A program made the translations under genes and the position numbers. DNA of 32,000 bases from the NCBI RefSeq assembly GCF_018336915.1, contig NZ_CP064923.1, positions 30,001-62,000 on the forward strand, read 5' to 3'. The first letter of the stretch is position 1. Each line of letters opens with the position of its first letter. The DNA is from Acaryochloris marina S15 (lineage in GTDB: Bacteria; Cyanobacteriota; Cyanobacteriia; Thermosynechococcales; Thermosynechococcaceae). The notes under the pieces were generated by a model. The model did not search any database. It was not told the origin of the DNA and saw only the letters and a list, made by a program, of their open reading frames with translations. Shown here one piece after another: positions 16,157 to 26,183 of this stretch.

Positions 16157-19048
16157 ATGGTGAGAACTGATCTAAACCTGAGAATGTTAGACATCTCAGT
16201 TGCCAGTTTTAACCAGTCCAATGCAGATCAGCTAAGAAAGATGAGCCAGAAGAGATATGGCTGGCTGTGGAAGATAGCAATTTTGCCATCCCTTGCCATT
16301 GGATTAGTCACGGGGACACCGGATGTTAAAGCAGAAGAGAATATTCTAGTTATTCATTCTTACCATCCAGAACTGTCTTGGACTGACCAAGTTAAACAGG
16401 GCATTGACCAATCTTTTCAAAAACGTCGGCCCGAGGCCAAAATTTTCCATGAATATCTAGATGGCAAACGTCTACCTGCCCTAGAACATTCTCAAAGTTT
16501 CCTAGAGTTGATTCAGGAAAAATATCAAAAGATACCCCTGGATGCCTTAATGGTTTCGGATGATCCGGGTTTACAGTTAATCTTGCAAGTTCGCGATCAG
16601 TATTTTCCCAAAGTGCCCATTGTGTTTTTGGGCATTAATCATGTTCAACCCGAACTCTACAATGTTCCTGGATTAACAGGAGTATTTGAAAAACATAGCG
16701 TCGCTCAGACTGTTCAAGTTGCTAAGCAACTGACGGGGGCAGATGGCTTGATTGTGATTAATGATTCCACGGAAACGGGACAAGCCAATATCAAACGGAT
16801 CAATGAGATCAAACAGCTCCCTAACGTGCCTCAATCCATTGCGATTATCCATGATGTGACACCTGAAGATTTACCTCAAAGGTTATCTGCCTTTCCTTCG
16901 ACATGGCCGGTATTGCCTATGGGGCAGCTCCGTCAAGGTCATGCCAAAGGAAAGTTGATTAACTTTGAGATGGATACCCAAATCCTCAGAGACAAGTTGC
17001 CGAATCCCCTGTTTACTGCCACAGTGATGCGGGTAGGGCCAGGAGCCGTAGGCGGCAAAGTTCTTGAAGGGGGGTTTCATGCTGACCAGGCAGTCCGTTT
17101 GGTTGAACAAATTTTGGATGGGGCTAATCCGACTGATCTGGAGCCGATTGCTGAGTCCAAAAATCTGTGGATGTTCGATGCTAGAGAGCTAAAGCGTTTT
17201 CGGATCAATCCTCGAGATTTACCCGTAGGTAGCATGGTGCTCTATAGTGAGCCCTCCTTTTATGACCAGCATCAGGGTTTGGTATGGGTCGTCTTCGGCG
17301 CTTTTTCCAGTTCTTTAGTGATGATTGCTTTGCTGATAGAGGTATTGCGTCGGCGAGCACAGGTTGAGAAAACCTTGCGAGACAATGAAAAACGCTATAA
17401 AGACCTGGCAGAAGTGGGTGCCAATACCTTCTGGGAATTGGATATAAATCTGAATTTGTCCTATGTCTCTGATCGGAAGGGGTATCAAACATCAGCCATT
17501 TCTTCTCAGGCCATTGGTTTGTCTTTAACGGATGTGTTTGCAGATGAAGAGATGTTTGAGTTTAATACCAAACGTCTAGACACTATTCTGCATTGGCGTC
17601 GACCGATTCAAGACTTTATCTTTTTTGCCAAAGAAGATAATCAAGAGATGCGAATCTTTAAGCTGAATGGTAAGCCTATTGTTGATGATGCCCAGCTATT
17701 TCAGGGGTATCGAGGGATTCAGCGAGATATTACCGAAGAGTATTTCTTAACCAAAAAGATTGCCTATCAGGCGGCCTACGATAGTTTAACGAATCTGTTG
17801 AATCGTTCAGAGTTTGATAATCGGTTACAAGAATCCGTCGATCAGGCTAGAGAAGACAAGACTAAGTTTGTATTGTGCTATCTCGATTTGGACCAATTCA
17901 AGTTGGTCAACGATACCGCTGGCCATATGGTTGGCGATCAGTTGCTCACCGAATTAGCACAACTCCTCAAACAAAAGATTCGCCCCGATGATGTTCTGGG
18001 ACGTTTGGGGGGGGATGAATTTGGATTGCTGATGCAAGACTGCTCTTTGTCAGAAGCCCAAGCCTGTTGTGAAATGTTGGTGACTACAGTCCAGACCTTC
18101 CGCTTTCAGTGGCAAGACAGTCAATTTAGAGTGGGGGTGAGTGTTGGTATTGTGGCCTTCGCAGATGCCAGCTATACCTCAGAAGAACTTTTAAGTCGGG
18201 CAGACCTGGCTTGCTATAAAGCCAAGGATGCTGGCCGGGGACGAGTCTACGTTGCCAATCAAAATGATCGTGAGCTAGACCATTATCAATTGCAAATGGC
18301 TCATATTGCGGATATTCCCCAAGCCATTGAAGAAGACCGATTATTCTTAGTGAAGCAGCCTATCCTGAATATTAATCAGCCTTCTGCTCTATTTCGCCAT
18401 TATGAAATTCTTTTACGGTTGAGAGATGGCAAAAACAATATTATTGGGCCTGGATTGTTTATTCCGGCGGCAGAACGCTATGGCGTGATTGGTCTGATTG
18501 ACAAGTGGGTGTTAGAAAATACCCTCCGCCAGTACTATCAATGTGGCTTAAAAGATGTGGTTGTTTCCATTAATCTGTCAGGGGCCAGCATTAATGATGA
18601 GCGAGCGATGGCGGACGTCATTGCCTTGATCACCCAGTCCAATGTGCCCCCCAGCAATATTTGTATCGAGATTACTGAAACGGCCACCATTGCTCAATTG
18701 GATCAGGCCCTGCGGTTTATTGAATCCCTCAAGAAGATTGGGGTAAAGTTTGCTTTGGATGATTTTGGCAGTGGTGTGTCCTCCCTGAGCTATTTGAAGA
18801 GCTTACCGGTGGACTACCTCAAGATCGATGGCAGTTTGGTGAAGAATATTGCTGTTGTAGAGAGTGATCGCGAAATCATCTACCTAATTAATGAGTTAGC
18901 CCATAAGCGAGGGATGAAAACGATTGCTGAATTTGTGGAAAATGAGCAGATTCTAGAGCAGTTACGGATTATTGGTGTGGACTATGCCCAAGGCTATGGC
19001 ATTGGTAAGCCAGAGCCGTTAGCGGTCACTCAATTAATGGTTAGCTGA
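16157..19048 (+). CDS. Membrane-bound sensory diguanylate cyclase/phosphodiesterase (periplasmic domain-TM-PAS-GGDEF-EAL)
   Basis: 963 aa. Hydrophobic segment WKIAILPSLAIGLV, a roughly 330-aa periplasmic-type domain, then a second TM (LVWVVFGAFSSSLVMIALLI) and a PAS-like region. The GGDEF domain has an RPDD I-site five residues before LGGDEFGLL. The EAL domain shows YEILLRL, DDFGSG, and EFVE...QGY. A later Met (MLDISV or MSQKRYG) could be the true start. Confidence 0.9.
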   Translation: MVRTDLNLRMLDISVASFNQSNADQLRKMSQKRYGWLWKIAILPSLAIGLVTGTPDVKAEENILVIHSYHPELSWTDQVKQGIDQSFQKRRPEAKIFHEYLDGKRLPALEHSQSFLELIQEKYQKIPLDALMVSDDPGLQLILQVRDQYFPKVPIVFLGINHVQPELYNVPGLTGVFEKHSVAQTVQVAKQLTGADGLIVINDSTETGQANIKRINEIKQLPNVPQSIAIIHDVTPEDLPQRLSAFPSTWPVLPMGQLRQGHAKGKLINFEMDTQILRDKLPNPLFTATVMRVGPGAVGGKVLEGGFHADQAVRLVEQILDGANPTDLEPIAESKNLWMFDARELKRFRINPRDLPVGSMVLYSEPSFYDQHQGLVWVVFGAFSSSLVMIALLIEVLRRRAQVEKTLRDNEKRYKDLAEVGANTFWELDINLNLSYVSDRKGYQTSAISSQAIGLSLTDVFADEEMFEFNTKRLDTILHWRRPIQDFIFFAKEDNQEMRIFKLNGKPIVDDAQLFQGYRGIQRDITEEYFLTKKIAYQAAYDSLTNLLNRSEFDNRLQESVDQAREDKTKFVLCYLDLDQFKLVNDTAGHMVGDQLLTELAQLLKQKIRPDDVLGRLGGDEFGLLMQDCSLSEAQACCEMLVTTVQTFRFQWQDSQFRVGVSVGIVAFADASYTSEELLSRADLACYKAKDAGRGRVYVANQNDRELDHYQLQMAHIADIPQAIEEDRLFLVKQPILNINQPSALFRHYEILLRLRDGKNNIIGPGLFIPAAERYGVIGLIDKWVLENTLRQYYQCGLKDVVVSINLSGASINDERAMADVIALITQSNVPPSNICIEITETATIAQLDQALRFIESLKKIGVKFALDDFGSGVSSLSYLKSLPVDYLKIDGSLVKNIAVVESDREIIYLINELAHKRGMKTIAEFVENEQILEQLRIIGVDYAQGYGIGKPEPLAVTQLMVS

Positions 19049-19808
19049 CCGATTTTCCCCCCAGGGATGTCAGGAACGCCATATCTATATATTCAATGTT
19101 TGCAGTTGCGCCAGCTAATCGAGACAAGGGGTGGTCTGGATCCCCCAAACCATTGATGACGAGTAATGCCCCAGTAAAGTCTTGGGTTTGGGTATAGTCG
19201 TTGACTGTGATGATGGGCTGACAGCCAGCGGTACAGGCGGCTTGACAGCCCGCCTGGGAATCTTCAAACACCAGACAGTCAGAGGGTGCTAAGGCCAGTT
19301 GGTTCAGTGCATAGCGGTAAATGTCGGGAGCAGGCTTTTTGGCCGGGACTATGTCTCCGGCGGCAATGGTCTCGAACCAATGCAGGCTGTCTGTACCTAA
19401 TGTGTGCTCTAGGAGGACGATCACATTGGGAAGATCGCTGGTGGTTGCGATCGCAAGTCGTATCCCTTTATCCCTCGCTTCTTGTAGCAAGCGCTCCACC
19501 CCAGGCCGCAGCGGAATCGTACCCTGGCGGAGTAGAGCTTGGTAATGCTTGTTTTTAGCTCCATGCAGGTCTGCAATAAAGCCCTTCAGATCTTGAGGGG
19601 GCTGCCACTGGGGGCAAAACTGCTGGATATAATGGTGAATCCGCTCTTTGCCCCCTGCGACCTGGAGGAGCTGTCCATATTGGTCAACGGACCAGTGCCA
19701 CTCTAATCCGGCATCCGTAAAGGCTTGGTTAAAGGCGACTCGGTGACCATCGCGCTCTGTGTCTGCTAAGGTGCCGTCCACATCAAAAATTAGAGCTTGG
19801 AGAGACAA
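19041..19808 (-). CDS. cbbY: HAD-superfamily phosphatase, CbbY-like
   Basis: 255 aa. MSLQALIFDVDGTLADTERDGHRVAFNQAF (DxDGT motif I) with a CbbY-like overall pattern. Its 3' end overlaps the convergent GGDEF/EAL gene by 8 nt. Confidence 0.75.
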   Translation of the reverse strand: MSLQALIFDVDGTLADTERDGHRVAFNQAFTDAGLEWHWSVDQYGQLLQVAGGKERIHHYIQQFCPQWQPPQDLKGFIADLHGAKNKHYQALLRQGTIPLRPGVERLLQEARDKGIRLAIATTSDLPNVIVLLEHTLGTDSLHWFETIAAGDIVPAKKPAPDIYRYALNQLALAPSDCLVFEDSQAGCQAACTAGCQPIITVNDYTQTQDFTGALLVINGLGDPDHPLSRLAGATANIEYIDMAFLTSLGGKSVS

Positions 19809-19899
19809 GGGTGCGATCGCAAAACATCATCTTCAACCTATCAAATAATAGGTAGGATATCGCTGAATAAATAGGTATGAAAAGAGTGACCGCTCGCCT

Positions 19900-20469
19900 T
19901 TATTTAGGTTCCATATAGATTTGAGTGACATAGTAGGTTTGTCCATCGCGCCAAATTCCGACGCCTGTCTCTTGCATCTCTGGTAGCAGAATATTTTTAC
20001 GATGGCCGGGGCTTCTCATCCAGCTGGTAACGGATAGACTCACGGGATCAGGCGAACGATTACATTTCATCAGGTTTTCCCCAATAAGATATGCCCTGAG
20101 GCCCAACGCCTCGACTCGGCGGCGGTGGTTGCGGCCCTGATGATCAATATGGCTGTAAAAATTATGGTGTGCCATCTGCTGGCTATGGGAGCGGGCCGCT
20201 AGAGACAGAGTGGGATTGAGGCGTAGGTCCGGTAGGCCACGGCCTTGACGTTTGAGATTAATCCGTCGCAAAACATCTGCTTCCATCTGAGCGATGTTGC
20301 TGGATTGAACCGGTAAGGTAAAAGTACTTGTCCTTAGAGAGGACGGTTGCAGAGATTGGGATAAACTCGGCGTTGCGACGAGGCTAAGGCCCAAGGCCAA
20401 ACTTAGAGGCCAGCCCCAACGTCTAAAAATAGATAAATGAGACGCCTGATGCTCCTGACTGATGTGCAT
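19900..20469 (-). CDS. Secreted CAP/SCP (YkwD-like) domain protein
   Basis: The track ORF runs to 20652. Met62 (ATG 20469..20467) gives a plausible signal peptide, MHISQEHQASHLSIFRRWGWPLSLALGLSLVATPSLSQS. CAP-domain motifs present are AARSHSQQMAHHNFYSH and WMRSPGHRKNIL. Confidence 0.7.
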   Translation of the reverse strand: MHISQEHQASHLSIFRRWGWPLSLALGLSLVATPSLSQSLQPSSLRTSTFTLPVQSSNIAQMEADVLRRINLKRQGRGLPDLRLNPTLSLAARSHSQQMAHHNFYSHIDHQGRNHRRRVEALGLRAYLIGENLMKCNRSPDPVSLSVTSWMRSPGHRKNILLPEMQETGVGIWRDGQTYYVTQIYMEPK

Positions 20470-21160
20470 GAATTGATTCCCCCCGGAATAGACAAAAACA
20501 GGCAACGATCTGGCTAATGAAATGAGTATGGCAAGTCCATGTTTGCGATCGCGTCTTTGTAAGCAAGCCCTTTGTCCAACATGCGTATAACTTTGGCACA
20601 GAGAAGTGAAGAACTCGGTAATTCTGACTACGAAAAATGGATAAATCTCCATAGCAAATGGCGCCCTGATTCGAGAAGTGATCAGTAAGCAATTGCTATA
20701 CTCAAAAATTGGTCGATAAAAGCCTGTCTTATCCTTAGGGTAGACACTTTAGCTTTCTATTCGAACATAGAAAAATAATTTAATTCCCAAAACTAAAATA
20801 AATAAGCTAATTACTGCTGGGCTAGCTCTAACTAAGCCTTAATTGACCAGACAAAAAGTTTGGATTTTATAGGAGGACTGCTGTTAAAACGATAAATTTA
20901 GATGTCTTGAAATAATATAATAATGTCCTAATCGTTGCTAAAAAAGATGTGATCTTGAGGGGCGATTCACTGTGCGCTCTGAAGGATTGAGACAATAGGG
21001 CTGCTTTTGAACCCTGCAGATGTATCTGTATATGCAGTGGACGTGGATGGGGTTTGATATCACCTATATTCACGTCAAGCTAAGATTAAGTGAGTGAACT
21101 GCCATTTGCTGTGGGACACTCTAGAAAAGTCACAGCTAGCATTACATAGGAGATGCTCTC

Positions 21161-21451
21161 ATGCTGGAGCGTGCAGAAGTCGATAAAGTTGCCCATCTGG
21201 CCCGCCTATCCCTCACGGATACTGAATCAGAACAGTTCACCACTCAGTTGGGGGATATCCTCGACTATTTTGAGCAATTGAGCGAGCTTGATGTTGCAGA
21301 GGTAGAGCCCACCACCCGAGCCATTGACGTTAGCAATGTCACTCGTACCGATGATCTAACGCCCTATGATGATCGAGAGGCCATTGTGGCTTGTGCGCCG
21401 GACCAGGAAGATGAGTATTTCAAAGTGCCCAAAATCATGGGTGAAAGTTGA
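21161..21451 (+). CDS. gatC: Asp/Glu-tRNA amidotransferase subunit C
   Basis: 96 aa. MLERAEVDKVAHLARLSLTDTESEQFTTQLGDILDYFEQLSELDV is a canonical GatC sequence. Confidence 0.9.
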   Translation: MLERAEVDKVAHLARLSLTDTESEQFTTQLGDILDYFEQLSELDVAEVEPTTRAIDVSNVTRTDDLTPYDDREAIVACAPDQEDEYFKVPKIMGES

Positions 21452-21643
21452 TTGAGCAGCGGGTTAACCCAGAGTTGTTGCTCTCTCCTATAAAAATATT
21501 TGAATTCCTGGATTAGAGATCTGTACCATAGGTAAGGACATACTTCTCCTAGACCATGTCTAGTGAGTGATGTCGGTGATAAACTAGCAGGCTCCACCAT
21601 TCTTGGGTTGTAGTCGTTTTCTCGGAAGGAACCGTTACGCAAT

Positions 21644-22828
21644 ATGCCAACCATTGAAACCCGCACCGAACCCATGGTCCTTAACATGGGACCTCAACAC
21701 CCTTCTATGCACGGGGTGCTGAGACTCATGGTGACCCTAGATGGTGAGAATGTCGTCGATTGTGAGCCGGTGATTGGCTACCTGCATCGCGGCATGGAAA
21801 AAATTGCCGAGAGTCGGTCCAACATCATGTTCGTCCCCTATGTCAGCCGCTGGGATTATGCGGCAGGCATGTTCAACGAAGCCATCACGGTCAACGCACC
21901 AGAACGCTTAGCAGATATCAAGGTGCCGAAGCGGGCCAGCTATATCCGAGTGATTATGCTGGAGCTGAATCGAATTGCAAATCACCTGCTTTGGCTTGGC
22001 CCCTTCCTCGCAGATGTGGGAGCCCAAACCCCCTTCTTCTACATTTTCCGGGAACGGGAAATGATTTACGATTTGTTTGAAGCCGTGAGTGGCATGCGCT
22101 TCATTAATAACAACTACTTCCGGATGGGCGGGGTCGCAGCTGACCTCACCTATGGTTGGGTCTCCAAGTGCTTAGACTTTTGTGATTACTTTCTCCCCAA
22201 AGTCGATGAGTATGAGCGTCTGATCACCAATAACCCCATCTTTATTCGACGCCTAGATGGTGTGGGTACCATTAGCCGCGAGGATGCGATTAATTGGGGC
22301 TTGTCGGGTCCCATGCTGCGAGGATCTGGCGTTCAATGGGATCTCCGTCGAGTTGATCACTATGAATGCTATGACGACTTCGATTGGGAAGTGCAGTGGG
22401 AAACCAAAGGAGACTGCCTCGCCCGCTATTATCTGCGGATTCGTGAAATGCGGGAGTCCGTCAAAATTATTAAGCAAGCTCTAGAACATCTACCCGGTGG
22501 CCCTTACGAAAACTTAGAAGCCAAGCGGATGATGGAAGGCCGCAAATCGGAGTGGAATTCCTTTGAATATCAGTTCTTGGGTAAGAAGCTCGCCCCCACC
22601 TTCAAAATTCCTGAAGGTGAACTTTATGCCAGAGTCGAAACAGGTAAAGGTGAGCTAGGCATCTATCTGATTGGTGATGAGAATGTCTTCCCTTGGCGAT
22701 GGAAGATTCGCGCCCCTGATTTCAATAATTTGCAGGTCTTACCCCAGTTACTCAAAGGCATGAAGGTCGCCGATATTGTGGCGATTCTAGGGAGCATTGA
22801 TGTGATTATGGGATCCGTCGATCGCTAA
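21644..22828 (+). CDS. ndhH: NAD(P)H-quinone oxidoreductase (NDH-1) subunit H
   Basis: 394 aa. [28 protein letters not shown] and the C-terminal [12 protein letters not shown] are canonical for NdhH/NuoD. Confidence 0.95.
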   Translation: MPTIETRTEPMVLNMGPQHPSMHGVLRLMVTLDGENVVDCEPVIGYLHRGMEKIAESRSNIMFVPYVSRWDYAAGMFNEAITVNAPERLADIKVPKRASYIRVIMLELNRIANHLLWLGPFLADVGAQTPFFYIFREREMIYDLFEAVSGMRFINNNYFRMGGVAADLTYGWVSKCLDFCDYFLPKVDEYERLITNNPIFIRRLDGVGTISREDAINWGLSGPMLRGSGVQWDLRRVDHYECYDDFDWEVQWETKGDCLARYYLRIREMRESVKIIKQALEHLPGGPYENLEAKRMMEGRKSEWNSFEYQFLGKKLAPTFKIPEGELYARVETGKGELGIYLIGDENVFPWRWKIRAPDFNNLQVLPQLLKGMKVADIVAILGSIDVIMGSVDR

Positions 22829-22885
22829 TCTCAGCTGCTCAACTGACGAGAGTAGTGGACTGATATCTGTGCGCGGGGTGATCGT

Positions 22886-23563
22886 ATGTCTAACGTCTCT
22901 GAACTCATTCAAGAGATGCAGACGTACTATCACCATCGTGCTGCTGATTATGATGTCTCGATGGGCTATGACCAGCCTGAAGTGGTTGCTCAACTAGCCG
23001 ATGTCATTGAGCATCTCAGACAGTTGGTAACGGGTAAACGGGTGTTAGAGATAGCCTGTGGCCCTTGTTTCTGGACGGAACAAATTTATGATTGCACTCA
23101 TTCTTTTCTAGCAACCGATTACAACCAAAGTACCTTAGAGCAGGCAGCCCTTAAGCAACTCCCCGCTCACAAAGTCCAGCTCCAGCAGGCTAATGCCTAT
23201 CAGCTCTCCGATCTTCCTCACGATTTTGATGTTGTCCTAGCGATAGATTGGTTGGCTCATGTTCCAATGTCAAGAATGCGTGATTTTCTGCATGACCTGC
23301 ATCTGCATATGAAGGGACAAGTGGTGTTTTGTGATCAGCTCCCTGGATCCCAATCTTGGACAGGAAAATTTGATTCTGAAGGAAATCATTTACAGTTACG
23401 CCATTTGAAGAATGATGCATCCTATACCGTGATCAAGCATTTCTTCTCAGATACAGAAATCGCAAATATTTTTTCTGATTTTCCAGTGAATGTTGAGATA
23501 GATCGTTATCCTGATGTACAAAGAATAGTGTTGTCTTATTCGTTAAACTCTACGACTATTTAG
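22886..23563 (+). CDS. Class I SAM-dependent methyltransferase
   Basis: 225 aa. Motif I-like VLEIACGPCFWT, with an acidic residue after beta-2 (LATDYN). The substrate is unknown. Confidence 0.65.
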   Translation: MSNVSELIQEMQTYYHHRAADYDVSMGYDQPEVVAQLADVIEHLRQLVTGKRVLEIACGPCFWTEQIYDCTHSFLATDYNQSTLEQAALKQLPAHKVQLQQANAYQLSDLPHDFDVVLAIDWLAHVPMSRMRDFLHDLHLHMKGQVVFCDQLPGSQSWTGKFDSEGNHLQLRHLKNDASYTVIKHFFSDTEIANIFSDFPVNVEIDRYPDVQRIVLSYSLNSTTI

Positions 23564-24249
23564 TAATAAGTCTAGTAGACGCTAAGAGAATAATGATCAT
23601 CGGAAGTAGAGCTTGGCAGTCGCCATTGCTAAAATTCTTAGATTATTTACAGCCTGATTTGGATATCGGCTATCTTCGATTTCACCCTGATTAAGAGGGA
23701 GAGTAGGAATAGTGTGTGTAGATTACTTATGCGATCGCACTACTATGCCTTACATGATGGATATCAATCTTGAATGATTTATGAATTATTTATATTTTTA
23801 GAATATTTTTATTCTTAAATATAAAAAACTGAATCTTGCATTCTATGATCCCAAAATTCAGTGGATTAGGCTACTCTAGCAAGCTAAGTCAATAATTTAA
23901 CTCATAAAAAAAATATAAAATAATATTTATTAAATTAACCAGATACTTTTAAAAGTATTAATAGATACAAAAAAATAGTAATTAGAGTTACAAACTTTTT
24001 GAGCTGTTAGTCTTACTATATTCAAAGGTATAGTTTTCCCGCTAACTGTAATTTAATACTGGCCTGCATAATCTTTTAAAACTGGAGATTAACGTATTCT
24101 TAATCCTATTTTTAGGAAATATTTTTGCATGCAAATTAGTTAACTATATTTAGTTTTATTGAATGGTTGCTCTTAGGTTCTACAGAAATTTTATTTCAAT
24201 GAAATTTTAGTCAAGCAGCTAATAAATTATTTTTTTCGATTCAAACACC

Positions 24250-25077
24250 ATGAAAATCAAACATATACTGAATACAATTGATCGACATTTTCATCCCTCT
24301 CATATCTATGCACTTCAGCCAGATCATGATCTTCTGAGAGAGAATCGACCCTATAGAGAAGCCAATGATATTGTTCTTTTGTCTTATCCAAGATCTGGGA
24401 ATACATGGCTGAGGCGGCTGCTGGCTAACTCGATTTTAGAAGCTCAACAATACCCATCTTCTATCCAATCCGATATCCCTTTTGAAACCGTTGTCCCATC
24501 AATTTATACGCAAAGTATCAAACCACCCTGTCTGCATCATTATGATGATATCTGTCACCGCATTGTTAAAAGCCATGAGCATAGGGATGCAAAGAAACAT
24601 AAGACGGTTTATGCATTTCGTAACCCTGTAGATACATTGGTCTCTTGGCATCACTTCGTCGCCAATTCTCCAAGCCTCTTACAACAATTTCCTTGAGTGT
24701 CCGATCTTTCCATCGATGAGTTTTGCTTGAATGCAGTAGAGGGCTGGGCCAAGCATATTCAACAAACTCGTCACTATAAGGACATCTTGTTAGTGGAATA
24801 CGAAAACTTATTTCAGCATCCTCATCAGATGCTGGCCAATATTTTGGATTTTTGCAGTATTCCCCGCAGTAATATTGATCTAGATCAGATCATTGAGAAC
24901 CAATCGATCTGTAAGCTAAAGCCGGTGACTCAATCCCAAGAACTCAGAAAAGGCGGGGTTGGACATGGCGAAAATGAATTACGGCCTGACACCGTGACTG
25001 AGCTACGTCAGTATCAACAAATGCTCAACATGACCTGGAAATCTGACATGGAACGTAGTCTGACGACTGCAATGTAA
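24250..25077 (+). pseudogene. Sulfotransferase-family gene interrupted by a single in-frame TGA (24694..24696)
   Basis: ORFs 24250..24696 and 24697..25077 are in the same frame, separated only by the TGA (caa ttt cct TGA gtg tcc). The first half carries the 5'-PSB loop YPRSGNTWLRRLL (nt 24388..24408). The second half carries the RKGGVGHGENEL 3'-PB-like motif. Joined, they give about 275 aa, a normal sulfotransferase length. Confidence 0.6.
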
Positions 25078-25404
25078 ATTCAGTATAGAACTCGACTCTC
25101 CTCTCATCTGACTCATCAGAGCTATCGAGGTTAACCCCAGTCACAGTATTGCAAAAGAACTTCCAATAGTGGTCGATCTGGCTGGCACCCCTATCAATGC
25201 AAGTATTCTTAACTACGTGGCAACCGGCAAATATGCCCCGCGAGGGTATTTGCAGCGGTAAGCTCGCGACTTGATCTATTGACCACCATTAGGATATGGA
25301 GGCACCAACCATAAACCCCAATCAAGCCTCTGAACATTAGTTTTATGATGCATTGGATTATTTGCCAAAATATTCCCTTGCATTTTTCAGATGCCTGCCG
25401 TAAA

Positions 25405-25418
25405 CTACATACATGTAG
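25405..25418. promoter_or_regulatory. Operator-like palindrome CTACAT-AC-ATGTAG overlapping the putative promoter of the TetR gene
   Basis: 6-bp perfect arms with a 2-bp spacer. It lies just downstream of a sigma70-like promoter, TTGCAT (25378..25383), 17 nt, TAAACT (25401..25406), and 19 nt upstream of the GTG start at 25437. Confidence 0.5.
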
Positions 25419-25436
25419 ACAAGTTGTAAAAGCGTT

Positions 25437-25970
25437 GTGGGCAATACGAGGACAAAAATCTTAGATGTGGCGGAGCGCTTGACCCAAACAAAAGGGTTCA
25501 ATGGCTTTAGTTATCTTGATTTGGCCGATGAAATTGGCATTAAAAATTCAAGCATACACTACCACTTCAAAGCTAAGGCCGATCTAGCCTTGGCTTTGGT
25601 AGAACGCCTGCATGAAGGACATAGTGCTGTCTTTGAAGATCTCAATAAAAACCTCGATACACCACAACAACGGTTGCAAGCAGTGGTCGACTATTTTCAA
25701 ACTTACATCCAAGACGAGAAGTTTTGTATGTGTGGAATGATGGCGGCAGAGTTGCAATCGGTTAGTCCAGCAGTGAGAAGTCGTCTGATTGCGTACTTTA
25801 AGGACCTTCAAATCTGGCTTACTGAGCAGTTTGCGGCAATGGGAGAACCCGATGCCCAAAACAAAGCACTCAGGTTTGTTAGTACAGCGGAAGGTTCATT
25901 GTTGCTGGCGAGACTTGAGAATGATCCTAAAATTGTTGGCCAAGCGTTGAAAACGTTTATCCACGGCTGA
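25437..25970 (+). CDS. TetR/AcrR family transcriptional regulator
   Basis: 177 aa with a GTG start. N-terminal HTH TKILDVAERLTQTKGFNGFSYLDLADEIGIKNSSIHYHFKAKADL. Confidence 0.85.
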   Translation: MGNTRTKILDVAERLTQTKGFNGFSYLDLADEIGIKNSSIHYHFKAKADLALALVERLHEGHSAVFEDLNKNLDTPQQRLQAVVDYFQTYIQDEKFCMCGMMAAELQSVSPAVRSRLIAYFKDLQIWLTEQFAAMGEPDAQNKALRFVSTAEGSLLLARLENDPKIVGQALKTFIHG

Positions 25971-25986
25971 CATATTTTTGGGTTAT

Positions 25987-26030
25987 ATTTTTTTGGTCCA
26001 TTTATCTACATACATATAGGTCAGCTTTGA
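25987..26030. promoter_or_regulatory. 44-bp promoter/operator module, copy 1, upstream of the azoreductase-like gene
   Basis: atttttttggtccatttatCTACATACATATAGgtcagctttga. The 14-mer at 26006..26019 differs at one position from the palindrome at 25405. The module matches 26857..26900 at 36 of 44 positions by manual alignment. Confidence 0.5.
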
Positions 26031-26183
26031 GCTATGCTTTGTTTAGACCTCGTTGCAGGTTTTTCTGTGAGGTGAATTTTCTGAAAAGTCAGCTCACAGT
26101 TTTCATCACCACTTCTCTGCAAGAGAGCAGAAACCAGACAGAAACCGGATTCGCACCTATTTACTTAGACTTGAGGTTACATC

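Noticed and set aside
20653-21160. 508-bp spacer upstream of gatC, including a 68-aa minus-strand ORF (20867..21073) and small hairpins such as ctgca-N14-tgcag
   Set aside because: The ORF is low-complexity and lacks start signals. The hairpins are short. I saw no tRNA-like or known riboswitch signature, and the region cannot be distinguished from an ordinary promoter region by eye.
24694-24696. In-frame TGA in the sulfotransferase as selenocysteine or programmed readthrough
   Set aside because: No SECIS-like hairpin is apparent immediately downstream. The position is not a catalytic Cys site in sulfotransferases. A nonsense mutation or a sequencing error is simpler.
25112-25261. 49-codon open stretch (LIRAIEVNPSHSIAKELPIVVDLAGTPINASILNYVATGKYAPRGYLQR*) downstream of the sulfotransferase
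   Set aside because: It has no start codon and I cannot assign a family. It may be a gene remnant, but the evidence is too thin to annotate.
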